Virus record (IMG/VR): IMGVR_UViG_2585427728_000007
DNA: 42,114 nt
DNA from: a virus
Lineage: Duplodnaviria; Heunggongvirae; Uroviricota; Caudoviricetes
Reading direction: 5' to 3' (one strand)
The position numbers were made by a program, and so were the translations under genes. Positions 28,456 through 35,536 of the stretch are shown here, in pieces; positions within the stretch are counted from its first letter, which is position 1, and each line of letters starts with the position of its first letter. The notes under the pieces were generated by a model that did no database searches, had not been told where the DNA came from, and was given only the letters and a program-made list of their open reading frames with translations.

Positions 28456-28672
28456 CAGTCATCAAATCTAATTGCTGGATAATTCTGTCACACTGAAAAT
28501 CATTATCGATTTTAACCAACCGACGAAGAACACGGTCACGCGGATAGCTCCGTGGCTTAGGGGCGCTTTTCTGTCTCTCGTCAGTAGGAAGTCTGGAAGC
28601 AGACCAGTACCGCTTTGCACGGCCAATGTTCTCCTGAAAGTCGGCGCGGACAAGCTCAGCTATCGTACTCAT
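28445..28672 (-). CDS. Hypothetical protein (nin region)
   Basis: 75 aa ORF between the tR2-like terminator and ninB; basic. Confidence 0.45.
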   Translation of the reverse strand: MSTIAELVRADFQENIGRAKRYWSASRLPTDERQKSAPKPRSYPRDRVLRRLVKIDNDFQCDRIIQQLDLMTDDE

Positions 28673-28700
28673 TTCTTAAAGCCTCCAATTACTCTCCCCC

Positions 28701-28731
28701 AAATAAAAAGGCCTGCGATTACCAGCAGGCC
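28701..28731 (-). terminator. Rho-independent terminator (tR2-like) after the helicase gene
   Basis: Minus-strand GGCCTGC-(8 nt loop)-GCAGGCC followed by TTTTTATTT; located just downstream of the DnaB-like gene, the position of lambda tR2. Confidence 0.55.
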
Positions 28732-28760
28732 TGTTATTAGCTCAGTGATGTAGATGGTCA

Positions 28761-30212
28761 TCAGAATCCTCCTTTCTTCTTGGATTGCGGTTCCTCGCGT
28801 TCACGGCGGCGCATTTCAGCAGACTGTTGGTCTGTGTCATAAATAGCGCCATTTGCCTGAATGCAATACACCGTGCCGGTATTGCCATGACGATTGAGAC
28901 GAAGGATTAGTTCGGTTTCACCAGGCGGAACACTGTCATCAAAAGCACCTTCACGATGGATCCCCACCCAATAATCGCAATCCTGTTCAATCTGCCCTGT
29001 ATCGCGCGAGTCACTTGGTAATGGGCGTTTATTGGTTCGGCTTTCCAGTGCGCGGTTAAGCTGCGTCAGAAGCACAACAACGCAATCAAGCTCTTTGGCA
29101 AGGTTCTTCAGTCCTTTGGTGATCATGCCGTAAGCAAGGTCGTTACGATCGGCTTTCTCAGCGGTCATTAGTGTCAGGTAATCGACCAGAATCATGCCAA
29201 CACATCCTTTTTCTCGCTTGATTCGACGGCTTTCGCTGACGATTTGAGCCAGAGATAATCCCGGCGTGTCGTCGATGTAAAGCAGGTCGATTTCACTCAA
29301 GCGATTGGCTGTTTCGATCGCCCTGTTGAAGTCACCATCGTAATCACCCTGATAGCCGTCATCGGCGTCATTTGTCGCCGGAAGGTAAAAAATATTCGGG
29401 TTAACACCAGACTTCTGCCCTACCAGTTTTTCCAGTATCTGATCACCTGGCATTTCAAGGCTGAACATCAGAGCGGGCTTTTTCTCATGCACTGCGCAGT
29501 TGATTGCCATCTGGCTGTATAGCGTCGTTTTCCCCATCTTAGGGCGAGCGCCAATGACAAACAGAGAGCCTTTCACCAGACCTTTCGGTGACAGCATCCT
29601 GTCCAGCGATGGGATCCCTGTGCTCATTCCCCGTTGTTCGCCTGATGGGTCAAATCGCTTCTCAAGGTCGCTAACCCAGTCTTCCATGACCTCACCAAAT
29701 GAACGAAGGCCGCGACGCGATCCGGTTTTTGCATGGTCTGTCAGTTGCGTGAAAATCGACTGAATAGCTTCGTACTTCTGCGTTGCAGTCATTCCGTTGC
29801 GGGAATAGAGCAATTCCGTCGCTTCAGTCATGCGGTTGATGGCGTAGCGTTCCATTGCGGTTTCACGAACCTGCATTGCATAGGCAACGATGTTTGCTGC
29901 GCTTGGCGTGTTCTTTGCGATCTCAGCGATATAAGCAAAACCGCCAACAGACACCGTTAACGATTTACGCTCCAGTTCATCGAAAAGCGTCAGGCCATCT
30001 ACTGGCTTTTGCTCACGGTGCATTCTGGTTATTTCTTCGAAAAGGATTTTGTGTGGTCGGCTGTAAAATGAATCAGGCTTCAGCATCGCCAGAACTTTCT
30101 GGACGCGCTCACTGCTGTCATCATCCAGAAGCAATCCACCAATCACCGCCTGCTCTGCCTCGATGCTATGGGGCGGCGCATAAAAATTATCGGTCATCGT
30201 GTTCACCCTCAC
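28761..30212 (-). CDS. Replicative DNA helicase (DnaB family)
   Basis: 483 aa; N-terminal DnaB-like region and Walker A GARPKMGKTTL in a RecA-like C-terminal domain; follows the O-like initiator gene. Confidence 0.9.
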   Translation of the reverse strand: MRVNTMTDNFYAPPHSIEAEQAVIGGLLLDDDSSERVQKVLAMLKPDSFYSRPHKILFEEITRMHREQKPVDGLTLFDELERKSLTVSVGGFAYIAEIAKNTPSAANIVAYAMQVRETAMERYAINRMTEATELLYSRNGMTATQKYEAIQSIFTQLTDHAKTGSRRGLRSFGEVMEDWVSDLEKRFDPSGEQRGMSTGIPSLDRMLSPKGLVKGSLFVIGARPKMGKTTLYSQMAINCAVHEKKPALMFSLEMPGDQILEKLVGQKSGVNPNIFYLPATNDADDGYQGDYDGDFNRAIETANRLSEIDLLYIDDTPGLSLAQIVSESRRIKREKGCVGMILVDYLTLMTAEKADRNDLAYGMITKGLKNLAKELDCVVVLLTQLNRALESRTNKRPLPSDSRDTGQIEQDCDYWVGIHREGAFDDSVPPGETELILRLNRHGNTGTVYCIQANGAIYDTDQQSAEMRRREREEPQSKKKGGF

Positions 30213-31077
30213 GAACTTTCAGGTAGGTATTATCGTTAAGCAGGAAATCAAATCCCTTTTTGTGCCAGACGGTTCCGCGTTGATGGTTTGGGCGCTCTTC
30301 GAACATCCATCGGCAATTTTCGCCTACGTAGCTCAAATAATTTCTCCAGTCCTGCATCGTGAAACCATGCCCATCAAGCTGGCGGGTTATCACTCCGGCT
30401 TTGCGCCAGAACGTTCGGATCTGGTTTTTACGCTTGTCATTCAGTGCGCGGATTCTTGGCGCTTCAGGAAGGATTTCGTGGTAAGCATCGACAACATCCT
30501 GACAGCTAACGGAAGGTTTTTTCTTGTCAGACTTTTTGTCTGCTGTGGCACTCTCTAATACGTCAGTATTAGAGATATTATTTATATTATTGTTTATGGA
30601 CAACCGTTGGACAACCGTTGGACAATCTCCGCTGAGAGCCGCGCCATTACTGGTGTTTGCGTTGGACAACCGTTGGACAACCGTTGGACAATTTTTTGCC
30701 TGAAAATCGTCATATTTAACGATTGTAAACAGGCTAAATTTCTTCCCCATCGAGCAAATATTAAGCATCCCTTTCGACTCAAAAGTCCGTAATAAGCTCC
30801 GAACTTTGTTGTCGGGGATGAATGTTTCTCTGACCAGCGACGGGCGTCCAGTTATCATCTGACCGCGATCAACAGTTATCGGCCCGATATCCGTATTGAC
30901 GACAGTAGATTCGTGATTAGCCTTGAGGATTAAGTGAAGCCAAAGATGTACTGCCTGAGAGTCCTTATAGAGCCTGCTGTCCATAAACTGGCGGTGTATA
31001 GAGACATACCCCATACTGGATGCCTCCTGATGTTGTACAGGGTTATGCCTGTAATCAGCTAACTTAACGACGCCCAT
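30187..31077 (-). CDS. Replication initiator (lambda O-like), with ori iterons inside the gene
   Basis: 296 aa; position after cII and before the helicase; coding sequence contains six 11 bp iterons that encode the repeated peptide CPTVVQRLSN; the true start may be the internal Met (MGYVSIHRQF...). Confidence 0.7.
   Translation of the reverse strand: MGVVKLADYRHNPVQHQEASSMGYVSIHRQFMDSRLYKDSQAVHLWLHLILKANHESTVVNTDIGPITVDRGQMITGRPSLVRETFIPDNKVRSLLRTFESKGMLNICSMGKKFSLFTIVKYDDFQAKNCPTVVQRLSNANTSNGAALSGDCPTVVQRLSINNNINNISNTDVLESATADKKSDKKKPSVSCQDVVDAYHEILPEAPRIRALNDKRKNQIRTFWRKAGVITRQLDGHGFTMQDWRNYLSYVGENCRWMFEERPNHQRGTVWHKKGFDFLLNDNTYLKVREGEHDDR
30597..30695. repeat. Replication origin iterons: 6 copies of TGGACAACCGT-like 11 bp unit in two clusters
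   Basis: Copies begin at 30597, 30608, 30619 and 30663, 30674, 30685; the clusters are 44 bp (4 x 11) apart, so all copies are in phase; flanked on the low-coordinate side by an AT-rich stretch (30560-30596). Confidence 0.8.
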
Positions 31078-31225
31078 GTTTCACTCCTGCTTTGGCTAGT
31101 CTGTAAACACCAACAAGGCGCTCTGCGAACGCCCTGTTATTTGCTGCGGCTACCACTAATCCCTCAGGTGAATCAGGGTGTCGAATCTCTTCTTTTTCCT
31201 GGTATTTCTTACGACGTTTTGTCAT
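31064..31225 (-). CDS. Hypothetical small basic protein between cII and O (not in ORF track)
   Basis: Manual translation MTKRRKKYQEKEEIRHPDSPEGLVVAAANNRAFAERLVGVYRLAKAGVKHGRR (53 aa); AGGAG six nt upstream of the ATG; stop overlaps the O start. Confidence 0.35.
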   Translation of the reverse strand: MTKRRKKYQEKEEIRHPDSPEGLVVAAANNRAFAERLVGVYRLAKAGVKHGRR

Positions 31226-31257
31226 AATTACTCCTGTGGATTGATCCAGTAATTACC

Positions 31258-31554
31258 TCAGAATTGCATATCAATTTGCTCAGAATCCTCGGTGGCAGCC
31301 GGGGATTTTTTCTTTGCGATTCCATCCAATGCATACTTAAAAGCCCTGCTAATCGGACTGATGTCTGATGCCATTCCGAAAGCACACAAGACCGAAGCAA
31401 TAAATCTCCAGTCCGTTCTGCTTATCTTCGATTCATGACAGCCAATCATCTTTGCCAGACCGCGCTGGGTAAGCGTTGACAGGTTGATGAGTAAATCTGT
31501 TTCTGCGCGATCAACGTCGCGCTGTGATAGTTTGCTGTAACTTGTTTGTTCCAT
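31258..31554 (-). CDS. cII: CII-like transcriptional activator
   Basis: 98 aa; HTH region LTQRGLAKMIGCHESKISR and C-terminus KKKSPAATEDSEQIDMQF resemble lambda CII (C-terminus ...KKRPAATERSEQIQMEF as recalled). Confidence 0.8.
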   Translation of the reverse strand: MEQTSYSKLSQRDVDRAETDLLINLSTLTQRGLAKMIGCHESKISRTDWRFIASVLCAFGMASDISPISRAFKYALDGIAKKKSPAATEDSEQIDMQF

Positions 31555-31638
31555 TTCTTATGATTCCAATAGTGAATATTTAGCTGAAAGGTATGCGTGG
31601 AAACGCATATGACCTTAGTTGGTCAGATATCTTGGGGC

Positions 31639-31684
31639 TCGCTTTGTCAGCGACGTAGGACGAATGTCCATTGTGAAAAGAGCG
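31639..31684 (-). promoter_or_regulatory. nutR candidate: boxA (CGCTCTTTT) and boxB hairpin (UCGCU-GACAA-AGCGA)
   Basis: Minus-strand boxA-like CGCTCTTTT at 31684..31676, eight nt after the cro stop; boxB-like hairpin at 31653..31639 with a 5 bp stem and GACAA loop. The 22 nt boxA-boxB spacer is longer than in lambda. Confidence 0.55.
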
Positions 31685-31691
31685 GTGTTAC

Positions 31692-31925
31692 TTATGCTGC
31701 TGATGCTCTACGCGATACGAACACCAGGTTTTCCTTTTTCACGGGTTTATAGGCCGTGAAATTACGAGTAGCTTCTTCGATTGCATTCGCTTTATCAGGG
31801 GAAGCTCTTCGAAATCCATATGCAATCTGGTCAAGATAGCCAACTGAAGTTTTCGCTAATGCGGCGAGTCGCTTCCATTCCTCACTAGAAGCCTCTTTTC
31901 GCCAGCGTAGTAGTTCATTACTCAT
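31692..31925 (-). CDS. cro: Cro-like repressor (HTH protein divergent from cI)
   Basis: 77 aa; HTH segment KTSVGYLDQIAYGFRRASPDKANAIEEA; divergently transcribed from cI across the operator region; GGAGG Shine-Dalgarno. Confidence 0.65.
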   Translation of the reverse strand: MSNELLRWRKEASSEEWKRLAALAKTSVGYLDQIAYGFRRASPDKANAIEEATRNFTAYKPVKKENLVFVSRRASAA

Positions 31926-31936
31926 TAGTGCCTCCG

Positions 31937-32020
31937 TTTATCATACAGAATAACTTTACCATTTTGATAAATCAACCGCAATGTAAATTTATCATATTGC
32001 GTATTTATCCATTTGCTAAA
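31937..32020. promoter_or_regulatory. Right operator region (oR) with pR / pRM; repeated TTTATC-N5-GATAAA sites
   Basis: 17 bp sites TTTACCATTTTGATAAA (31955-31971) and TTTATCCATTTGCTAAA (32004-32020), plus half-sites at 31937 and 31988; candidate pR on the minus strand has -35 TTGATT (31975..31970) and -10 TATTCT (31952..31947) bracketing the first site. Confidence 0.55.
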
Positions 32021-32038
32021 TAGAGGGAAAATTGTGAG

Positions 32039-32743
32039 ATGGAAAACAAAGATATTCGCAAATCGAATCTGGCGTTTTTGCTAGATGAGCATAAAAAAAT
32101 CGCGGGTAACACTAATGCAAGCTTTGCCGATAAGCTTGGGGTTAGCCCTTCTCAACTCACGCAAGTCTCCGGTGAAAAAAGCACTCGAAACATAGGGGAT
32201 AAACTAGCAAGAAAATTTGAAGCCGCACTTGGGTTACCTAATGGGTGGCTTGATTTGGTACATGATGTAACACCAATTGCATCATGCTCAGATTCTTTAA
32301 CTTTTGTCGGTCAGGTAAGAAAAGGGTTAGTGCGCGTGGTTGGTGAGGCAATTCTTGGTGTTGATGGTGCCATCGAGATGACCGAAGAGCGCGATGGGTG
32401 GCTCAAAATTTATAGCGATGATCCAGATGCCTTTGGCCTTCGTGTGAAAGGAGACAGCATGTGGCCTAGAATAAAATCAGGAGAATATGTACTCATTGAG
32501 CCTAACACCAAAGTATTCCCGGGTGATGAGGTGTTTGTCAGAACCGTTGAAGGACACAACATGATTAAGGTTCTTGGCTATGACAGAGATGGAGAATACC
32601 AATTTACAAGCATCAACCAAGACCACAGGCCAATAACGTTGCCTTATCATCAAGTAGCAAAGGTGGAGTATGTGGCTGGTATTCTGAAGCAATCTCGCCA
32701 TCTGGATGACATCGAGGCAAGGGAGTGGCTGAAAAGTTCGTGA
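32039..32743 (+). CDS. cI: CI-type repressor (N-terminal HTH, C-terminal S24 LexA-like peptidase domain)
   Basis: 234 aa; HTH around FADKLGVSPSQLTQV; C-terminal domain with the Ser (GDSMWP) and Lys (MIKVLG) of the autocleavage dyad; divergent from cro. Confidence 0.9.
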   Translation: MENKDIRKSNLAFLLDEHKKIAGNTNASFADKLGVSPSQLTQVSGEKSTRNIGDKLARKFEAALGLPNGWLDLVHDVTPIASCSDSLTFVGQVRKGLVRVVGEAILGVDGAIEMTEERDGWLKIYSDDPDAFGLRVKGDSMWPRIKSGEYVLIEPNTKVFPGDEVFVRTVEGHNMIKVLGYDRDGEYQFTSINQDHRPITLPYHQVAKVEYVAGILKQSRHLDDIEAREWLKSS

Positions 32744-32812
32744 CTTCATCGTCCCATAGCTGATAGCCAGTGGCCTGAAGAGACGTTTGGATGATTTTAA
32801 GGAAATATCTTC

Positions 32813-33253
32813 ATGAGAGAAGAAAAAATAATAACAATCTACACAACGGCGGTAAAACCCGGGCTGGCAATCACTCCTTTTATGACACCAGATCCTATAA
32901 TAGTGTCGGAAGAATACCCTTGTTCCGGCTCATTTTACCTAACTGCAATAATGTACTTCGAGCACGAAAAAAAATACACTACCGAACTTGATGTCGTATT
33001 CAATGGAGAATCGGTTTTACCTGATATCTCTAGCAATCAAGAGCAACTGCAAACATTTATGTTTTCTCCTGTCAATGAAAAATATGTTGTGGTTGGCACA
33101 TATCTTTTCGTTAAAAACATCAAACTTATAGAAACAGGAACATATGACATAATTTATCGCATCTTTGAAGACATTGATGGTAATCTTAGCGAAGTTATTG
33201 ATGAAAAAAAATGCGCTCTTATTTCAACCACCCCGAACAGAGATAAGGAATGA
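32813..33253 (+). CDS. Hypothetical protein, first gene of the cI-adjacent accessory cassette
   Basis: 146 aa; AT-rich coding sequence; ATG preceded by AAGGA; no terminator between the cI stop and this gene; no recognisable domain. Confidence 0.6.
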   Translation: MREEKIITIYTTAVKPGLAITPFMTPDPIIVSEEYPCSGSFYLTAIMYFEHEKKYTTELDVVFNGESVLPDISSNQEQLQTFMFSPVNEKYVVVGTYLFVKNIKLIETGTYDIIYRIFEDIDGNLSEVIDEKKCALISTTPNRDKE

Positions 33254-33606
33254 AACGACATCTGTACGCTGTGCCTCTTGACAGGAGTAAAGTTGATAAT
33301 TTTCCACATAACCACCATAATGATGAGACATATGGTGGTGGTAACGGTGGAGGTGGTGACATGTTACAGCGCATAAAAATTCTTGAAGATAAAGTCGCAA
33401 CCATGGCGACCGACATCGCTGTAATTAAGTCTAACTATGCAACATCTGCCAATGTAGAATCTGTTAAAACAGACATAGCTAATGCAAAAGCAGAACTTCA
33501 CAGCGCAATGAGACTCCAAGCCATGGCTATTATTGGTTCAGTTCTTGCAGCCGTTGGAACTGGTGTTGGGTTAATAATAAAAATGATGCCATCACTACCT
33601 CACTAA
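33250..33606 (+). CDS. Hypothetical membrane-anchored coiled-coil protein, second gene of the cassette
   Basis: 118 aa; ATGA overlap with the upstream gene; Gly-rich stretch YGGGNGGGGD, predicted coiled coil (LQRIKILEDKVATMATDIAVIKSN...VKTDIANAKAELHSAMRLQ) and a single C-terminal hydrophobic helix AMAIIGSVLAAVGTGVGLIIKMM. Confidence 0.6.
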   Translation: MKRHLYAVPLDRSKVDNFPHNHHNDETYGGGNGGGGDMLQRIKILEDKVATMATDIAVIKSNYATSANVESVKTDIANAKAELHSAMRLQAMAIIGSVLAAVGTGVGLIIKMMPSLPH

Positions 33607-33616
33607 GAATCTACAC

Positions 33617-33644
33617 AACCCGGCCTCAGCGCCGGGTTTTCTTT
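33617..33644 (+). terminator. Rho-independent terminator ending the cI-cassette operon
   Basis: AACCCGGC-CTCAGC-GCCGGGTT followed by TTCTTT, beginning 11 nt after the stop of the 118 aa gene. Confidence 0.65.
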
Positions 33645-33822
33645 GCCTCTCGATCCCCCACCTAAAAAACATAACTCATTGTATTTATTGAAAAACTGAT
33701 TGATACAACTTGCTAAACCACGCAATCCAGATCTCCCTCAAATCTCTTTATTTATCCTGTCGAATTCCTACAACAAAATAAAACACCATAAGAATCAATA
33801 CGATATTTGAAAATCAAAAGAA

Positions 33823-33866
33823 TTTATCATTTTGCTATTGCCATTAATTTATCATTCCGATAAAGT
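33823..33866 (+). promoter_or_regulatory. Left operator region (oL) with pL candidate
   Basis: 17 bp site TTTATCATTCCGATAAA (33848-33864) with perfectly inverted outer hexamers, plus a weaker site at 33823-33839, same motif as at oR; candidate pL -35 TTGCCA (33838-33843), 17 bp spacer, -10 TAAAGT (33861-33866), overlapped by the operator. Confidence 0.5.
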
Positions 33867-33934
33867 TTGCCCATCAGCAGGACGCACTACTCACCAGGGC
33901 GGTGAATATACAACGATTCGAATATGAATCTACG

Positions 33935-33949
33935 GCGCTGACAAAGCGC
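33935..33949 (+). promoter_or_regulatory. nutL boxB hairpin (GCGCU-GACAA-AGCGC)
   Basis: GCGCTGACAAAGCGC: 5 bp stem with GACAA pentaloop, the P22-type boxB as recalled; lies between pL and the N-like gene. No clear boxA identified. Confidence 0.6.
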
Positions 33950-34210
33950 AATAACCAAAGTGAACTTTGGGGTGTGGTGAAGCCAGCTAGTCACTGGCAA
34001 GTGCTTACCTACTGTTGAGCGGTGAAGCGCTCCCAACGCTAGCAATAGCGTGGACGAGATGGGGAGCCGCGGGCGATAAGGCCGCCATAACGCGCACGTT
34101 GTCGCATGGAAAAATCACTGGGGTGCCGGTTATACCCCTCCGAATGAGACTCAACAAGCTGGAGCTAGACTACCAGCCACCACACCACCAAAGTTCATCA
34201 GGAGGTCTAT

Positions 34211-34594
34211 ATGACACGCAGAACTCAGTTCAAAGGCAATTCACGTTCTCGTCGTCGTGAGCGTTTAAAGGCAAAGGCATTAGCTAACGGCGTACTGGCC
34301 CGCGAAGAAGCAATAAGTTCAGAAGTATTACACCGCCCTACTCTAAGCAGAGCGCAGATTCAGGCTAAAGGTACTCACGAAACGCCTGAGCGCATAGAAG
34401 ACGCTAAGCCAATTAAGTTCATGGCACAGGACGTGATCTGGCAACAGAAAGAATACAGACGCAATCTGGAGCGAGTGGCCATTGTGTACGCGAATGAGTT
34501 TGGACATAAGCAACCAGAAACTGGTGTATGTCTTCCAAACGTAGCCATTTACGCGGCAGGCTACCGGAAATCAAAACAACTGACAGCAAGATGA
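34211..34594 (+). CDS. N: N-like transcription antiterminator (P22 gp24-type)
   Basis: 127 aa; N-terminal arginine-rich motif GNSRSRRRERLKAKALA; C-terminus LPNVAIYAAGYRKSKQLTAR resembles P22 N as recalled; first gene downstream of pL/nutL; GGAGG Shine-Dalgarno. Confidence 0.65.
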   Translation: MTRRTQFKGNSRSRRRERLKAKALANGVLAREEAISSEVLHRPTLSRAQIQAKGTHETPERIEDAKPIKFMAQDVIWQQKEYRRNLERVAIVYANEFGHKQPETGVCLPNVAIYAAGYRKSKQLTAR

Positions 34595-34653
34595 CTTGTG
34601 TTGGTCGCCAGAAAATGAAATTAGGCAGTAAGCTACTGTATGAGGGGTGAGAT

Positions 34654-34842
34654 ATGCATAAATGTCAGTTCTGTGGATACATGTTTGAATCAAATGAAAT
34701 GCAACGTATTTCGTTAAACCTTATCGGTAGGCCATACAACATTTGCCTAGGATGTAGCGAGAAATACAAAAACAAAGACATGTGGGACGACAATAAAAAC
34801 GATATCGACTGGAATAAAGTGCCATGTATTGATGATAGTTAA
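34654..34842 (+). CDS. Hypothetical small zinc-ribbon protein (early-left accessory gene)
   Basis: 62 aa with two CxxC pairs (C5/C8 and C31/C34); AT-rich; GAGGGGTGAG before the ATG. Confidence 0.5.
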   Translation: MHKCQFCGYMFESNEMQRISLNLIGRPYNICLGCSEKYKNKDMWDDNKNDIDWNKVPCIDDS

Positions 34843-34922
34843 AAATAATTATGCCGCATAGTCGGCCTTCTTTTGGCATAAACAACAGAATAAACACTGC
34901 ACTGAATTATTTGAGGTGAGAT

Positions 34923-35393
34923 ATGACAAAATCATGGAGCGTACCTTTTCCTGAATCAGAAACTGAACATGATGGAATGCCTGTTTTCTGGAGATTCCAA
35001 GCGACAGTTGAAGAAGATGGAATCAAAATATTCGCACTTCAATATATAGCTTTTCATCAGACAGAGCATTATGCATGGTTGGTTCCTGCGCATTGGATTG
35101 TTAATTTTAAACCAGCACCAAATCAGTGGTTACAGGAATGGAAACAAAGGAGAAATAGATATGCAATTAAGAAAGTAGCAAAAAATGCAGAAAGATCTTT
35201 TGCGTTCCCGACGAAGAAACTTGCCATTGAAAGTTTATTGCGCCGGAAGAAATACCATTTGATGAGAATCAAACAAGATTTGGCTGTTGTATCAACTCTT
35301 GTTGATGGGATGAAGAATATTGATACATCAACACCAGATATTGAATATAACTTTGGACACAACCAAGAAACAGAAAATTGGGTGTTTTATTAG
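34923..35393 (+). CDS. Hypothetical protein (early-left accessory gene)
   Basis: 156 aa ORF in an AT-rich block; translation-initiation region (TGAGGTGAGATATG) nearly identical to that of the preceding small gene; no recognisable domain. Confidence 0.5.
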   Translation: MTKSWSVPFPESETEHDGMPVFWRFQATVEEDGIKIFALQYIAFHQTEHYAWLVPAHWIVNFKPAPNQWLQEWKQRRNRYAIKKVAKNAERSFAFPTKKLAIESLLRRKKYHLMRIKQDLAVVSTLVDGMKNIDTSTPDIEYNFGHNQETENWVFY

Positions 35394-35497
35394 TATGAAT
35401 AAGCACTGTGTATTCATTCCAACGAGTGAATACACGGAGCAATGTCGCTCGTAACTAAACAGGAGCCGACTTGTTCTGATTATTGGAAATCTTCTTT

Positions 35498-35524
35498 GCC
35501 CTCCGATGTGAGGGCGATTTTTTT
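35498..35524 (+). terminator. Rho-independent terminator in the pL operon
   Basis: GCCCTC-CGATGT-GAGGGC followed by GATTTTTTT, ending 13 nt before the ATG of the coiled-coil gene. Confidence 0.55.
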
Positions 35525-35536
35525 GATGGAGGATAT

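Noticed and set aside
30597-30695. Possible CRISPR array suggested by short phased direct repeats
   Set aside because: Repeats are 11 bp units without spacers, lie inside the initiator gene and match ori iteron architecture; no cas genes are present.
31209-31400. 63 aa minus-strand ORF overlapping cII
   Set aside because: Out-of-frame overlap with the well-supported cII gene; partly replaced by the shorter 31064-31225 ORF, which has a ribosome-binding site.
32791-32991. 66 aa plus-strand ORF overlapping the start of the first cassette gene
   Set aside because: Alternative frame of the same AT-rich region; the 146 aa frame is longer and is translationally coupled to the downstream gene.
35483-35536. 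Upstream start for the coiled-coil gene (MEIFFALRCEGDFFDGGY...) given in the ORF track
   Set aside because: Would translate through a terminator hairpin and T-tract; the ATG at 35537 has a GGAGG Shine-Dalgarno.
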